64,000 nt of DNA from an uncultured Gemmatimonadota bacterium (GCA_964576115.1 CAZNUA010000001.1:1-64000), one strand, 5' to 3'; positions 27,874-39,589 are shown, counted from the first letter of the stretch. Made by a program: numbers and translations. Notes: generated by a model not told the origin, from the letters alone.

Positions 27874-30339
27874 GTGGACTCCCTTCTGCACGACCTGCGA
27901 TTCGCTCTACGCACCTTCCGGACCAATCCCGGCTTTGCGGCCGTGGCGGTACTCTCCCTGGCCCTGGGCATCGGCGCCAATACGGCCATTTTCACGATCT
28001 ACCGCTCGGTCTTCCTGCGCGGCCTGCCGGTCGAGGACACCTCCAGCCTGGTCGAAATCTATACCAGCAATCCCGAAGACGAGATCGGCATGGTGTACTC
28101 GGTTTCCTCCTACCCCGACTACGTCGATCTGCGGGAGCAGGCAGGTGATGTCTTCGAAGACATCATTACGTACAACGTCGGTTTCGTCGTCTATGACAGC
28201 GGGCAGGAGAGCGAGCACACCTTCGGGGAGGAGGTCAGCGCCAACTACTTCGACGTGCTCGGCATCGACGCCGCCCTGGGACGGACCTTCGATCCCGCGG
28301 AAGAAGGAGTCGTCGGAGCCGCCCCGACGGTGGTGCTGGGGCACACCTTCTGGGAGACCCGGTTCGGGGCCGATCCGGAGATCATCGGGCAGACCGTCAC
28401 CCTGACCGGGCTCGATTTCACCGTCATCGGGGTGGCCCCCGAGGACTTCCAGGGGCTCTTCCCGATCCGGGCCGACGTCTTCTACCCCATGACTCTCCTC
28501 ACCCAGCTCCGGCCGGGGGATAACCTGCTCGAGAGCCGAGGGGGCCGCCAGCTCTGGCTGAAAGGCCGGTTGCGCGAGGGGGTGACGATCGAGGAGGCCC
28601 GGGCGGCTGTGGATGTCATCGCGGCCCGGCTGGCGGCCGAGTACCCTGACTCGAACGAGGGCCACACCTTTCTCATGGAACCCACCGACAAGGTGGCCTT
28701 CCACCCCCAGCTCGATGGCATCATCTCGACTTTCACCGTCACCCTGATGGGTGTGATCGGGCTGGTCCTTCTGATTGCCTGCACCAACCTGGCCAGCATG
28801 CTGCTGGCCCGCGCCGTGGCCCGCCGACGGGAGATCGGAATCCGACTGGCGATCGGTGCCGGCCGCTTCCGGCTCATCCGGCAGCTGGTGACCGAGAGCA
28901 CCCTGCTGGCCCTGCTCGGCGGTCTCGCGGGTCTGGCGCTGGCCTGGGGTCTGATCCGCCTGTTGCTGGCCGTCCAGCCCCCCACCATCATTCCGATCAA
29001 TCTCGCTATCGGCATCGACGGCGGCGTGCTCTTTTTTACCCTCCTCCTCTCACTCGGCACCGGGCTCATCTTCGGTCTTCTTCCCGCCTGGCAATCAACC
29101 AGACCCGACCTGGTCGGTTCGCTCAAGGATGACACCAGTTTGCTGAGCGGCCGCCTGCGCCGGGTGGGCCTGCGGGGGATCCTGGTCGTGGCTCAGGTGT
29201 CTGTCTCGGTCCTGCTGCTGATCTGTGCCGGTCTCTTCCTGCGCAGTCTGGGCAATGTCAACAGTGTCGATCCAGGCTTCGACATCCAAGACGGGGTAGT
29301 GGCCACTTTCGAACTGGGCGAGGGCGGGCGTTATACATCCGAGCAGAGCCGGGTTTTCTTCCGCGAAATCGTGGATCGTGTCAGCGCCCTGCCGGGGGTC
29401 GAGTCGGCAGCCGTGGCCGACCGCCTGCCGCTGGGGGCGAGCATCCAGATCTACGACGTCTACCCCGAGGCTCCAGGTACGGAGATCAGCGATGACGGGG
29501 TTGACATTGACGCTGCCACGGTCGGCCCGGGGTATTTCGAGACCATGGGCACCCCGATCGTCTTCGGCCGGACCTTCACCCATGCCGACGGGCCCGATTC
29601 AGAACCGGTCCTGATCGTCAACGAGACTTTCGCCCGCACCTGCTGGCCCGGGGAAAGCGCCATCGGTCAGCGGGTTCGACTCTATGATCCCGACGGCCCC
29701 CTTCGCACGATCGTGGGGGTGGCCCGCGACGGGAAGTACCGTTCGCTTGGAGAGCAACCCCGGCCCTATATCTTTTCCTGCAGCACCCAGGAGAACTCCT
29801 TCTTCGTTCACCTGGTGGTCCGTACCCGGACCGACGGGCGCGAGTTCCTCCAGCCGGTCCGCCGCGAGATTCGGGCCCTGGATCCCAAAGTCCCGATCAT
29901 GGACCTGGTCACCGTGCCCGAACAGATGAAGCTGATGCTCTTCCTGCCCCGGACCCTGGCCAGCCTGCTGGCCGGGCTGGGACTGTTCAGCCTGATCCTG
30001 GGTACCACCGGCCTGTACGGCGTGCTCGCCTACGATGTCTCCCGCCGCACCCGCGAGGTCGGCATCCGCATGGCGGTCGGAGCCCGGCAGGGGGAAGTCC
30101 TGCGCCTGATCCTGACCGACGGGTTGAAGTTGGTAGGAACGGGGATCCTCATCGGGCTCGGCCTGGCCGTGCTGGCGACCGGTGCCCTGGAGGGCATGCT
30201 CTTCGGGATCAGCCCGACCGACCCGCTCACCTTCGGGGGAGTGACAGCCGTCTTCCTGGCCGTCGCGGTGGCCGCAGTATTCAAGCCGGCCCGGCGGGCC
30301 TCCCGGATCGATCCGGTCGAGGCGTTGCGCACGCAGTAG
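27874..30339 (+). CDS. ADOP-type duplicated MacB/FtsX ABC permease
   Basis: DLRFALRTFRTNPGF, LALGIGANTAIF, LLIACTNLASMLLAR...RRREIGIRLAIGA, second RTREVGIRMAVGA, RASRIDPVEALR. Confidence 0.93.
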   Translation: MDSLLHDLRFALRTFRTNPGFAAVAVLSLALGIGANTAIFTIYRSVFLRGLPVEDTSSLVEIYTSNPEDEIGMVYSVSSYPDYVDLREQAGDVFEDIITYNVGFVVYDSGQESEHTFGEEVSANYFDVLGIDAALGRTFDPAEEGVVGAAPTVVLGHTFWETRFGADPEIIGQTVTLTGLDFTVIGVAPEDFQGLFPIRADVFYPMTLLTQLRPGDNLLESRGGRQLWLKGRLREGVTIEEARAAVDVIAARLAAEYPDSNEGHTFLMEPTDKVAFHPQLDGIISTFTVTLMGVIGLVLLIACTNLASMLLARAVARRREIGIRLAIGAGRFRLIRQLVTESTLLALLGGLAGLALAWGLIRLLLAVQPPTIIPINLAIGIDGGVLFFTLLLSLGTGLIFGLLPAWQSTRPDLVGSLKDDTSLLSGRLRRVGLRGILVVAQVSVSVLLLICAGLFLRSLGNVNSVDPGFDIQDGVVATFELGEGGRYTSEQSRVFFREIVDRVSALPGVESAAVADRLPLGASIQIYDVYPEAPGTEISDDGVDIDAATVGPGYFETMGTPIVFGRTFTHADGPDSEPVLIVNETFARTCWPGESAIGQRVRLYDPDGPLRTIVGVARDGKYRSLGEQPRPYIFSCSTQENSFFVHLVVRTRTDGREFLQPVRREIRALDPKVPIMDLVTVPEQMKLMLFLPRTLASLLAGLGLFSLILGTTGLYGVLAYDVSRRTREVGIRMAVGARQGEVLRLILTDGLKLVGTGILIGLGLAVLATGALEGMLFGISPTDPLTFGGVTAVFLAVAVAAVFKPARRASRIDPVEALRTQ

Positions 30340-30441
30340 GCAGGGGAGCCGGGAACAGAACTCGGCACCTATCCCGTCGGAGCAAGACAGACGGGTCGAA
30401 GAAGAGGCCGTCGGGCCTGGCAGATATTCTGCATGAAGCAG

Positions 30442-31281
30442 TCAGACGGTGGAGACCCGACCGGTCCAGCGGTCGAGCACCGGGTTGAGTAGCGCTACCC
30501 AGCCGACAGCGGCCAGGAAGGCCAGCAGAGTGCCCAGCGGCATTCCCAGGCGCGGATAGAAAAGGATCACCGCTCCGGCGAAGACCAGGATGTTGGTCGA
30601 GGCGAAGAGCATGACCTTCCCCGTAGCCCGAGCCAGACCGGGCCCACCGGAGAAAGTAAGGATAACCATGGTGGTCAGCATGACGGCCGGAAAGGTCGCC
30701 AGCAGACCGGTCCAGTAGCTGCTGATGAATCGGGCCAGCAGGACTGTGGCGGCGACGACGCCGCCCGCAAAAACCCCCCGCGCGATCAGCATCGCCGCCG
30801 ACCTCCGCAGGGTTCGGCCCGGCAGCTCGGGGATGCCGGCCCGGAACTCGAGACCGCTCCAGGCAGCCAGAGTAACCACCAGGTAGAGGACCACTCCCAG
30901 ACCGAAATGCGCGATCTGCAGGCCTTCAGCCAGCCGGGCCAGCACCAGCCAGGCTCCCAATGAAACCGGCAGAGCCACACGCAGCCCCCGTGGAGCAGTC
31001 ACGATAAACAGAAAGAGGAAGACGGAGTTGATGAGCATCCCTATCGGCACGGCCCGGGCGGCGGCCATGGCGAAGGAGGGATCCTGCACCAGACTCACGA
31101 AGACGAGAGAGATGAGCAGTTTGGAGGGGAGATTGGCTACCAGGCCGCCGATCCGGCTCCCCAGCCGTTCAGCCAGCCGGGTGCTTCCGGCGATCCAGAT
31201 CCCCGAGATCAGGAAGGAGAGCACGACCTGGAGCAGGAAGGTGATCTCCAGGGGACCGGTACTATTCAAGGGAAATTCCAC
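30442..31281 (-). CDS. DUF3147-like integral membrane protein
   Basis: Internal repeat LAERLGSRIGGLVANLP / WTGLLATFPAV; many TM segments. Start uncertain. Confidence 0.7.
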   Translation of the reverse strand: MEFPLNSTGPLEITFLLQVVLSFLISGIWIAGSTRLAERLGSRIGGLVANLPSKLLISLVFVSLVQDPSFAMAAARAVPIGMLINSVFLFLFIVTAPRGLRVALPVSLGAWLVLARLAEGLQIAHFGLGVVLYLVVTLAAWSGLEFRAGIPELPGRTLRRSAAMLIARGVFAGGVVAATVLLARFISSYWTGLLATFPAVMLTTMVILTFSGGPGLARATGKVMLFASTNILVFAGAVILFYPRLGMPLGTLLAFLAAVGWVALLNPVLDRWTGRVSTV

Positions 31282-31398
31282 TTTCCTGTCATCGCCGTTC
31301 TCAGGGGTTTCACTCCCCCGGTCCGGTTCGAGCCGGTTCCCACCCTGCAGAGTGCCGCTGCAGAAAACCTCGACCGTGCGATCCTGACCGATGTGAAA

Positions 31399-31428
31399 CA
31401 GAACGGGGGCTGGCCGGCCCCCGTTCTG
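31399..31428 (-). terminator. Intrinsic terminator of the vor operon
   Basis: cagaacgggggc/gcccccgttctg 12-bp stem followed by TTTC on the minus strand, about 50 bp after the stop. Confidence 0.65.
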
Positions 31429-31475
31429 CATCTGCCTGGAGTGAAGCGGCTGTGCCGATGTCGCGGACGCAGCGC

Positions 31476-32926
<1,451 letters not shown>

Positions 32927-32930
<4 letters not shown>

Positions 32931-33991
32931 GACGCCCTCCCTTCCGCCTCATAGGTCCGGGCAAAGACCTCTCTCAACTCCTCCACCGAGGGGACCGAAC
33001 CGCCCCAGCGGCCGTGGAAATGGACCGGCCGGCGGCCCTCGACCGCCAACCGGACGTCATCGACCATCTGTCCGGTGCTCATCTCGACCGCGATGAAGGC
33101 GGCCGCGGTCTCGGCCAGTTCGGCCAGGCGCACCTTCGGGAAGGGCCAGAGAGTGATCGGCCGCAGCAGGCCGATCTTCAGGCCCTCGGCGCGCAGGCTT
33201 TCGATCGCTGACCGGGCCAGCCGCGAGACGATCCCGTAGCCGACCACGATCAGTTCGGCGTCGTCGGTGTGGACCTCCTCGAAGCGGACCTCCTTCTCTT
33301 CACATTCCTTGTACTTCTCGAAAAGGTGGGCGACATGCGCCTCGAGCTCCTCGGGGGTCAGATGGATCGAGTTGATCAGGTTGCGGTCTGTCTCGGCCGT
33401 GCCCTTGACCGCCCACTCCTTTTCGGGCAGGTCACTGACGGGGGCGGGAAAATCAACCGCTTCCATCATCTGGCCCGTGAACCCGTCGGCCGTGACGATG
33501 ACCGGGTTGCGGTACCGGTCGGCCAGATCGAAAGCCAGCATGGTCAGGTCGCACATCTCCTGCGGCGAGTTCGGCGCCAGAACCGGGATGTGATAATCGC
33601 CGTGTCCGCCACCTTTGACGATCTGGTTGTAGTCGCCCTGGGCGGGTGCGATGTTGCCCAGTCCCGGACCGCCCCGCTGGATATCCACGATCACGGCCGG
33701 AACCTCGGAGCCGACCAGATAGGAGATGCCCTCCTGCTTCAGGCTGATGCCGGGGCTCGAACTGGCAGTCATCACCCGCAGGCCGGCGCCGCCGGCGCCG
33801 TAGACCATCTGGATCGCTCCGATCTCGCTCTCCGACTGCAGGAAGACCCCGCCCACGGCGGGCATCAGTTTCGCGGCCGCTTCCGCGATCTCGCTCGAGG
33901 GAGTGATGGGGTAGCCGTAGAAAGCCCGGCACCCTGCCAGGATCGCCCCTCGCAGGATCGCGTCATTCCCTTTGATAAGTCGTACTGCCAT
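32927..33991 (-). CDS. vorB: 3-methyl-2-oxobutanoate/2-oxoacid:ferredoxin oxidoreductase alpha subunit
   Basis: [46 protein letters not shown]. Confidence 0.92.
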
Positions 33992-34004
33992 GACGCTCTC
34001 CTCC

Positions 34005-34265
34005 TTATTTCTTCTTGCGGGGCGGCTTCACGACGATGATCGCGCCCGGCTCGGGACAGGTGTAGAAACAGATTCCGCACCCGGTGCAGCCTTCTCCCAC
34101 ATACTCGGCGGGGTGGAACCCCAGATGGTTGAGGCCTTCGGCTATCCTCAGAACCGATGTCGGGCAGGTGTAGGTGCAGAGCTGACAGCCCTTGCACTGC
34201 TCGGGATCGATGATGACCGTCGGCCCCTGCACCTGTTTCGGGTCCTGGACTGTCTGGGATGGCAT
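34005..34265 (-). CDS. 2x[4Fe-4S] ferredoxin subunit (VorC/delta-like)
   Basis: [12 protein letters not shown] and [13 protein letters not shown]. Confidence 0.92.
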   Translation of the reverse strand: MPSQTVQDPKQVQGPTVIIDPEQCKGCQLCTYTCPTSVLRIAEGLNHLGFHPAEYVGEGCTGCGICFYTCPEPGAIIVVKPPRKKK

Positions 34266-34343
34266 CGCGGCTCTACTCCCTTCAGCATGCGGTGAAAAAA
34301 ACGATGCCGTCAGGAAACCACGGGTGGAGTGGGTCCCGGCGTG

Positions 34344-34403
34344 CAGGAAAGGTAGGCTGCGGACAATTAGTTCGCACTCCTAATCATACCCGCTCCTTTC
34401 CTG
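34344..34403 (-). promoter_or_regulatory. Nested inverted repeat upstream of the vor operon
   Basis: caggaaagg/cctttcctg outer stem, gcgg/ccgc and attag/ctaat inner stems. Confidence 0.4.
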
Positions 34404-34602
34404 ATGATTCGAAGGTACGTATGCCGTGAGGGCTATCAAAGATAAATTGACCCGAATTTCAGAAATTGGTTGCACCTCTGTAACAGAAAGTGCTACAAAG
34501 CGTGTTAAGAGTGGCGGGTGTCAGCTTTATACATTGAGTTGGAGATTCCCGTGAGCCGGTCAATCAACCGGTCGCGTCATTGAAATACATGCCCGATCTT
34601 AC

Positions 34603-34671
34603 GCGGGCCGTACACAGCTCCATTGCTGCGACACCTCCCTCCCGGGTCCATATGGAGTCTGTACGGCCCGC
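34603..34671. repeat. Long inverted repeat/hairpin downstream of the Cyc2-like gene
   Basis: gcgggccgtaca/tgtacggcccgc perfect 12-bp stem plus ctccat/atggag inner stem. Confidence 0.6.
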
Positions 34672-34692
34672 TCTTCTAAGAGGAAATCCCCC

Positions 34693-35892
34693 TCAGAATC
34701 CCGAGACGAATCCGAGGATGATCCGGTCGGCCTCGAGAGCCAGATCGCGGGTATACTCGGCCATCAGGCGCAGGTTGCGCCGGAGCAGATAGGAAGCCGA
34801 GAAGGTGGCAGTCTCGTACTCCACGACCGCATCGTCGCTGGTGACCTGGTTGTAGAGCGCGATCGCCGCCCAGCGACCATCTTCCCCCTGCGGGAGCCAG
34901 GTCAATTCAGCCACCATGCCGGTGGTTTCGGCGTCGTTCAGGCCGAATCCGGGATTGGAGTCGGTGCGCCGCAGGTACTGCCCCGTGAAGGTGAGGTTAC
35001 CCTCCATGAGACCGAGCACGAGATCGGGGCCGAGCATCGAGACCTCGTTCTCGAAAGGTGCGCCTCCGAGGGTGATCTGTTCCCGGGTGGCGTACCAGAA
35101 GCCGCCCAGCATCAGGGGTCCGAGTTCGTAAGCCCCCCGCAGGGAGTAGCCCTTGTCGCGGTCGGCGTCGTAGATCCGGTTGGCGCCCGCTTCGGGCTTG
35201 CCGTTGCCGTTGACGATCTGCCCCACCAGCCCCAGCCCGAAGGGCGTGTCATAGGTGATCATGGCCCCCCGGTCATAGGTCAGGTTGGTCATCGAGGCCC
35301 CGGGTCGGACCCGGTAGACCTGGTAATCCTCATAGGTCAGACGCAGTTCCCGTTTCATGAGCGGATCGGAGATCTGGAACTGCCCCAGCATCACATCCAG
35401 GGGCAGACCGCCCAGGTTGTTGAAGTGGATATAGGCATCCTCGATCCCGGCCACCTCGCCGCGCTCGGAGAGGTAGAAGTAGAAGTAGTAGCCGATATCG
35501 GGGGCCACGTTACCCCCGCTCAGGAACTTCAGGGCCCAGGGAGCCTGCAGGTCGCTGAACTCGGTGTTCCCCATTCCGTGGGCGTAGTAGACATCGAACC
35601 GCACCCCCACCGGCAGCTCGCGCTGGAGCAGCAGCGTTTCGTCGCCGGTCTCCCGGAAAGCCCGGATCGGTTCCTGGTCGTCGGGGAGCTGAAAGCCGTT
35701 GCCGGCGAAATCCTCACCGTAGGCTTTCAGGCGCGGCACCGGGGCGTGGCAGGTGCTGCACGAAAAGCCGTACTTGCGGGCGAAAGCCGGGATGGCCTCG
35801 GCCCGGCGGGTCGGCACCGCCACGACGATCAGGACATACCCCGTCAGGACGGCCGATATCAGCCATAAGGCTCTCTTTCTGCGCTTCACCAC
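34693..35892 (-). CDS. Cyc2-like monoheme cytochrome c-porin fusion
   Basis: Signal peptide then AIPAFARKYGFSCSTCHAPVPRL (AxPxFAR[K/Q][Y/T]-CxxCH-PxL); remainder is amphipathic beta-strands ending in Phe. Confidence 0.82.
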   Translation of the reverse strand: MVKRRKRALWLISAVLTGYVLIVVAVPTRRAEAIPAFARKYGFSCSTCHAPVPRLKAYGEDFAGNGFQLPDDQEPIRAFRETGDETLLLQRELPVGVRFDVYYAHGMGNTEFSDLQAPWALKFLSGGNVAPDIGYYFYFYLSERGEVAGIEDAYIHFNNLGGLPLDVMLGQFQISDPLMKRELRLTYEDYQVYRVRPGASMTNLTYDRGAMITYDTPFGLGLVGQIVNGNGKPEAGANRIYDADRDKGYSLRGAYELGPLMLGGFWYATREQITLGGAPFENEVSMLGPDLVLGLMEGNLTFTGQYLRRTDSNPGFGLNDAETTGMVAELTWLPQGEDGRWAAIALYNQVTSDDAVVEYETATFSASYLLRRNLRLMAEYTRDLALEADRIILGFVSGF

Positions 35893-37304
35893 TCTACAAC
35901 CTCCGCTTGAGTGACGCCGGTATTCCAGACGATAGTCTCGGTTTCATCTTCGGGTACGTTCAGGAAATCGCCCACCGACTTGACCAGTTTGCGGAACTTC
36001 AGGACGGCCCGGAAGGTGATCGAACCCAGGGCGATGTCGTCGGGCAGGGTCCAGGTGTAGGTCTCGATCTTCGTCTCGCGCGGGCCGATCCGGTAGTCGG
36101 TGCCCAGGCTGGCGGTGTTCCACTGCATGATGGTACGCCGGCCCTGCTCGTCGAAGTAGGGCACGGTGAAGATGCGGTCCCCTTCGTACGGGGTGGCGTC
36201 GCGCGGCAGGCCGGCGAAGCCGGGCTCATCGAGCGGTTCGCCCAGATCCTGATAGGCCAGCTCGTTGCTGGTGAGGTTGTGCTCTTCCCCCTCAAAACCC
36301 TTGGGATCGACCGGCAGGTGGTAGACGGTGCCGTCGGCCGAGACCGCCTCGACCTCGAGCCAGAGCTGACGGTCTTCGACCGACCCGGTCGGCACCTTGT
36401 GCCCGGCCTTCTGGTTGAAGAGCGCCACCGAAAGCCGCATCGGCTCCCCCGGCACGAGCTCGTCGACATCGGGCCACATGACGATCTCGACCACACCGGT
36501 GATCTTGGTCAGCACGTGGGCGCCGTGGAAGAGATGGTGGCGCAGGTCGGGGAGGATCTGCGCACCCATTTTGGCGCTGCGTCCCGGGGCCGGGGGCATG
36601 TGACAGTCCTGACAGGGCACCCCTTCGGCGGCATAGGGGCCCTCGGCCCATTCGAGCTGGGTCGACTTGACCCAGATATCCCACGGATTGGCTTCGTTGT
36701 GGCAAGTGCCGCAGAATTCAGCCGTGGAGAGAAACTCGCTGCGAACGGTGGTGTGATGGGGCGACTCCAGACCATCCCGGTTGCCGTACTTGGTCGAACC
36801 GGGCACCGACTGCCAGTTGAAGTTGAAGGGCGTCTCGCCCGCGAAGCCAACCACGGTATGACAGAGATCGCAGGTCACTCCCTCGTCGGCCATCCCCCCC
36901 GAACCGGGGCGCGGGGGCGGGGTGTCGCCGGCCAGGAAAGCGATCGGGGCGTGGCAGCCGTTACAGCCGTCATCCACCCCGTCGAGGCGGTCCTTACGCT
37001 CGGCGTGCGGTACGGCCAGATCGAAATACTCGATTTCATCCCAGTGGTGCACATAGGCCTGGCTCATCATGGCCCGGGTCCACTGCTGGTAGATGTCGCT
37101 GTGGCAGGCGCCGCAGCGGCGGGCGCGTTCGTAGTCATCGTAGGAGCGCGAGCCGTGGGCCGCTTCGCCGGCCGGCACGTCGGCCTGATACCAGGTCCCG
37201 CCGGCGGGACCAAACGGAAACCCGGCGCCGATGAGCAGAAGCGCGACCAGACCGAGAAAAGCCATTATCCGGCGGCGGCGACGGGAGGTGGGGTACGTGA
37301 CCAT
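35886..37304 (-). CDS. Periplasmic pentaheme cytochrome c (c554-like) with C-terminal Ig-like region
   Basis: Five CxxCH motifs (CGACH, CNGCH, CDLCH, CGTCH, CQDCH); N-terminal hydrophobic signal; AGHKVPTG. Start could extend to 37376. Confidence 0.9.
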   Translation of the reverse strand: MVTYPTSRRRRRIMAFLGLVALLLIGAGFPFGPAGGTWYQADVPAGEAAHGSRSYDDYERARRCGACHSDIYQQWTRAMMSQAYVHHWDEIEYFDLAVPHAERKDRLDGVDDGCNGCHAPIAFLAGDTPPPRPGSGGMADEGVTCDLCHTVVGFAGETPFNFNWQSVPGSTKYGNRDGLESPHHTTVRSEFLSTAEFCGTCHNEANPWDIWVKSTQLEWAEGPYAAEGVPCQDCHMPPAPGRSAKMGAQILPDLRHHLFHGAHVLTKITGVVEIVMWPDVDELVPGEPMRLSVALFNQKAGHKVPTGSVEDRQLWLEVEAVSADGTVYHLPVDPKGFEGEEHNLTSNELAYQDLGEPLDEPGFAGLPRDATPYEGDRIFTVPYFDEQGRRTIMQWNTASLGTDYRIGPRETKIETYTWTLPDDIALGSITFRAVLKFRKLVKSVGDFLNVPEDETETIVWNTGVTQAEVVEW

Positions 37305-37525
37305 TCTCAACTCCGGTCGGCGGTAAGGGAAAGATCCGGGTCGATCTCTCACCATAACGTTCTTAATGATCTTCATTCTTGATAAGTATGACCGATCCCG
37401 GTCTGGAATTCAAGACTTTCGGTGGTGCCTCCGTTCCGAACCGCATTTATTGAGTGCTCCGAAATAACCGCGCTCCGGTGTCCCGATCCCGGCTCCGATC
37501 CGACCCCCTGACGCACGAGGCTCTC

Positions 37526-39589
37526 ATGACGATGACCTCCCGCCGCTCCCCGATGACGATGATTCTCCACCATCCGGCCAGGCTCACTCCGATCCTCACC
37601 CTCGTCCTGGTGATCGGCCTCGGCTCCCCGGTGTCAGCCCCCGTTGTGCAGGCCCAGCAGCGCACCCAGGCCGAGATCGACGCCTACCGGGCCATGACCG
37701 CCCTCGAAGATCCGGCCGCCCGCCTGGAGGCGGTCGAGGATTTCTTCGAGCGCTGGCCCGGAAGCGGTTACCGGACCGCGGTTCTGCAGGTGGGCATGAT
37801 CGCCGCCGCCGAAATCGAACCCCAGGGCGAGCTGGCGCTCGAGTACGCCGAACGCTACATCGAGGCCTACAGTGCCCGCTCCCCCCGCCCGCTGGCCCTG
37901 GCGTACGCCGCCCGTCAGCTCGAAACCGCCGGCTCTCATCCCGATCGGGTGGACGAATGGCTCGCCGAGGCCCTGGACGGAGCCGAGTCGCTGACCGGCC
38001 GGACCGGTGTCGGTCTCTGGAACGCGGCAGCTTTCATCGCCCATTCCCGGGGCGACGTCGCCACCGCCATCGAACGGCAGCGCCGGTCGCTGGACATCTA
38101 TCCCTCGGCCCCCGGTCGCATCACCCTGGCTCGCTACCTGATCGACGGCGGTGAACTGGCCGCAGCCGAGGAGCAGATCGCTTCAGCGGTCATCGAATTG
38201 CCCGATAACGAGGCCGCCCGCGCGGCGCTCGACGACCTTGCTGAGCAGCGCGCGGGGGACACCGCGGGAGAGGCGGCATACAAGGAACAACTGCTGGCGG
38301 CTCAGGCCGACGTCATGTTGGCCGCAGCCGACGACGAACTGACGGTCAAGCAGACCCTCGCCCTCGCCTTCGCCAAACTGGGCCTGCTGCTCGACCGGGC
38401 TGATGCTTATGCGGTCGAGATCGAACGGGAAGTCGGTTCGGAAGCCAGCGCCGACGCCTTTCTGGCCGCCCGCACCGCCGCGGCCTCCGTTCACCTGGCA
38501 CGGGGACGGGCCGAGGCGGCTCTGGCCGCCGCCAGGCCTGCCCTGCCGATCGCCAGCCCCTATGCCTACGATTTCCATCTCGCCCGGGGGAAGGCCCTCG
38601 AGTCGCTCGGCCGGGATGAAGAGGCCATCGAAGCCTATCTGGAAAGTGCCGGCATGGTCACCAACGCAGCCATCATGGCGGCTCTCGAGCCGGTCTGGGA
38701 GCGGGTCCACGGCTCGCTCAACGGTCTCGAAAATCGGCGGGAGAGGTTGCGGCAGAGGCTGGAACGCTGGCATCCCGAAGGAACCTTCGCCCCGCCCGAC
38801 GACTGGTCGGGCCGGGTGGTTCTGGCCGAACTGTTTACCGGCTCCGAATGCGGCCCCTGTCTGGGTGCCGATGTGGCCTTCGACGGCCTGATCGCCTATT
38901 ACCCCCCCACGACCGTGGCCATCCTGGTCCATCATGAACACATTCCCCGCCCCGATCCGATGACCAATCCCGACACGATCGATCGGATGAACTACTACAG
39001 CCGGGAGGTGGTGCGCGGCACCCCGACCGTGATCATCAACGGCACAGATGCCGTGGTCGGGGGCGGAAGCCGGTCCGCCGCCAGGGGTCGTTTCGGTACC
39101 TATACCTGGATGATCGGCCGCCACCTGACCGAGGCTCCCCGGCTTGACATCACCATCTCGGCCGAACGGCGCGACACCAGGCTCGACGTGACGGCTCGGG
39201 CGCACCTCAAGAACCCGGGATCCTCGGAGAATGAGGATCTGCGTCTGCGCCTGGCGGTGGCTGAGGAAGTGGTTCACTACGAGGGCAGCAACGGGGTGAC
39301 CGAACACCGTCTGGTGGTCCGCGGCTTCATCGGCGGGCACGACGGCTGGGCTCTGGAACCAGGGCGGGAAACGACTCACATCGATGCTTCCTGGGACGTC
39401 GCCGCCCGCGAGGCCGAACTGCAGACCTACCTCGAGACCTTCCAGGCCGAGAATCCCGACAGCTTTGCCGGTGACGGCTTCACCGAACTCACGCACGAGA
39501 TTGACGAAAGCCGGCTCGTGGTGGTGGCGTTCGTGCAGAACGAGACCACGAAAGAGATCTACCAGGCCCGGGTTCTCGACGTGCGCTGA
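37526..39589 (+). CDS. Exported TPR protein with C-terminal thioredoxin-like/Omp28-like domain
   Basis: Signal peptide; Ala-rich TPR helices; VVLAELFTGSECGPC (CxxC), GTPTVIING, VVAFVQNETTKEIYQA. Confidence 0.75.
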   Translation: MTMTSRRSPMTMILHHPARLTPILTLVLVIGLGSPVSAPVVQAQQRTQAEIDAYRAMTALEDPAARLEAVEDFFERWPGSGYRTAVLQVGMIAAAEIEPQGELALEYAERYIEAYSARSPRPLALAYAARQLETAGSHPDRVDEWLAEALDGAESLTGRTGVGLWNAAAFIAHSRGDVATAIERQRRSLDIYPSAPGRITLARYLIDGGELAAAEEQIASAVIELPDNEAARAALDDLAEQRAGDTAGEAAYKEQLLAAQADVMLAAADDELTVKQTLALAFAKLGLLLDRADAYAVEIEREVGSEASADAFLAARTAAASVHLARGRAEAALAAARPALPIASPYAYDFHLARGKALESLGRDEEAIEAYLESAGMVTNAAIMAALEPVWERVHGSLNGLENRRERLRQRLERWHPEGTFAPPDDWSGRVVLAELFTGSECGPCLGADVAFDGLIAYYPPTTVAILVHHEHIPRPDPMTNPDTIDRMNYYSREVVRGTPTVIINGTDAVVGGGSRSAARGRFGTYTWMIGRHLTEAPRLDITISAERRDTRLDVTARAHLKNPGSSENEDLRLRLAVAEEVVHYEGSNGVTEHRLVVRGFIGGHDGWALEPGRETTHIDASWDVAAREAELQTYLETFQAENPDSFAGDGFTELTHEIDESRLVVVAFVQNETTKEIYQARVLDVR

